64,000 nt of DNA. It comes from Sphyrna mokarran. Taxonomy: Eukaryota. The DNA is taken from positions 66,278,001 through 66,342,000 of the forward strand of contig JAGIQG010000014.1 of the NCBI GenBank assembly GCA_024679065.1, in the 5' to 3' direction. Below are positions 63,141 through 64,000 of this stretch, piece after piece. A program made the translations under genes and the position numbers. Numbering within the stretch: position 1 is the stretch's first letter; each line of letters opens with the position of its first letter. A model generated the notes under the pieces. The model did not search any database. It had not been told where the DNA came from and was given only the letters and a program-made list of their open reading frames with translations.

Positions 63141-63356
63141 AAATAGGGATCATGAGTCTTGGGAGTCCCTGGGAAGTGTGTAAATAGATGATGATATTGA
63201 TGTACTTGTTTTTATCCTACAGGTGCTTTGGTCCACCTTATTGTCTAACAAGGGGCATACATGCGATGGGTCGTGAGAGGGCTGCTCTTGGATTTTTTTT
63301 GAGAGTATCCTAGTGCTTCACGTCGTCAGTGTACGCTTGACCTGGACCATTTGATG

Positions 63357-63678
63357 GGCAACACGACAGCTCAGTGACTATCGCTGTGCTGTGCAGATAC
63401 ATGGATTTGGGCCTGTGTCTGTGGGAGTTTGCGCATTCTCCCTGTGCTTGCGTGGGTTTTCTCCAGGTGCCCTGGTTTCCTCCCACATCCCAAAGATGTG
63501 CTCTTAGGCGGATTGGCAAAACAAATTCTCCCTAAATTGTCTCAAATTTGATTTTTAATCCATAGATCTATAAACATGGACAGGGATCACGGGTAGAGGT
63601 GGGACCAACGGGGTGGCAGCGTGGGCCCGTTGGGCCGAAGGGCCTGTTTCCCATGCTGTTTTGTTCTTTGTTCTTTGT
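63357..63678 (+). mobile_element. divergent V-SINE
   Basis: gtctgtgggagtttgcgcattctccctgtg V domain; tail gttgggccgaagggcctgtttcc...tgttctttgttcttt. Confidence 0.75.
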
Positions 63679-64000
63679 TTGTTGTTCTCCTTATCCACTC
63701 ACACCCCACTACCCAGACCGATCATGACCCTCTGGCCCCTTCCCCCACACCCATCACTCACAGACTGGCAGCAGACTCCCCTGTCCTCCCTTTCCCCCCC
63801 ATCAGAGATCCATCTGTCCACACCCTCCACCCCCTCCCTCCCCAACAGTGAGTGATTAGGTCTCAACCACCTCACCACCAGGGATATGTCTTATCTGTTC
63901 CCCCTCCCTCCACCAACTCCCACCCTCCCCGCCTCCCGAGAGGAACATCTGACTTACCTCCTTCTCCTTCCCCATCCCCTCACCAGAGAATGATCTGGCC

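Noticed and set aside
1-64000. Prokaryotic systems (operons, CRISPR arrays, defence islands, phage)
   Set aside because: The sequence is intron-containing vertebrate DNA; no regularly spaced repeat-spacer arrays and no long bacterial-type ORFs
1-64000. Most short ORFs in the six-frame track
   Set aside because: 60-140 aa frames overlapping SINEs/LINEs (e.g. MAQWLALL... is the V-SINE head) or AT-rich sequence, with no recognisable domain
42000-64000. ATOX1 or G3BP1 exons expected upstream from mammalian synteny
   Set aside because: No MxCxxC or other matching peptide recognised by eye; a TBLASTN search would be needed to exclude them

Overview
Eukaryotic, repeat-rich genomic DNA, most likely from a shark (chondrichthyan), judged from HE1-like V-SINEs, CR1/HER1-like LINEs, SacSINE/DeuSINE-like elements and Penelope-like remnants. 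The one protein-coding gene I can support is a complete SPARC (osteonectin/BM-40) on the minus strand. It has a probable non-coding exon 1 ending at 41394 and nine coding exons between 29536 and 13997. Spliced by hand these give 900 nt (299 aa + stop) with matching phases, but only if intron 7 uses a non-canonical GC donor. The 3' UTR carries a tandem pair of miR-29 8mer sites. The rest is mostly decayed and nested transposons. Notable non-genic items: an inverted pair of young CR1 3' ends, degenerate hammerhead-ribozyme cores in Penelope-like remnants, strong retroposon orientation bias, a 128-bp local duplication, and an RFX X-box/CCAAT motif with exon-like segments upstream of SPARC. I found no convincing wholly new biological system. 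Repeat boundaries are approximate (about +/-20 nt) and family names come from motif recognition, not database searches.
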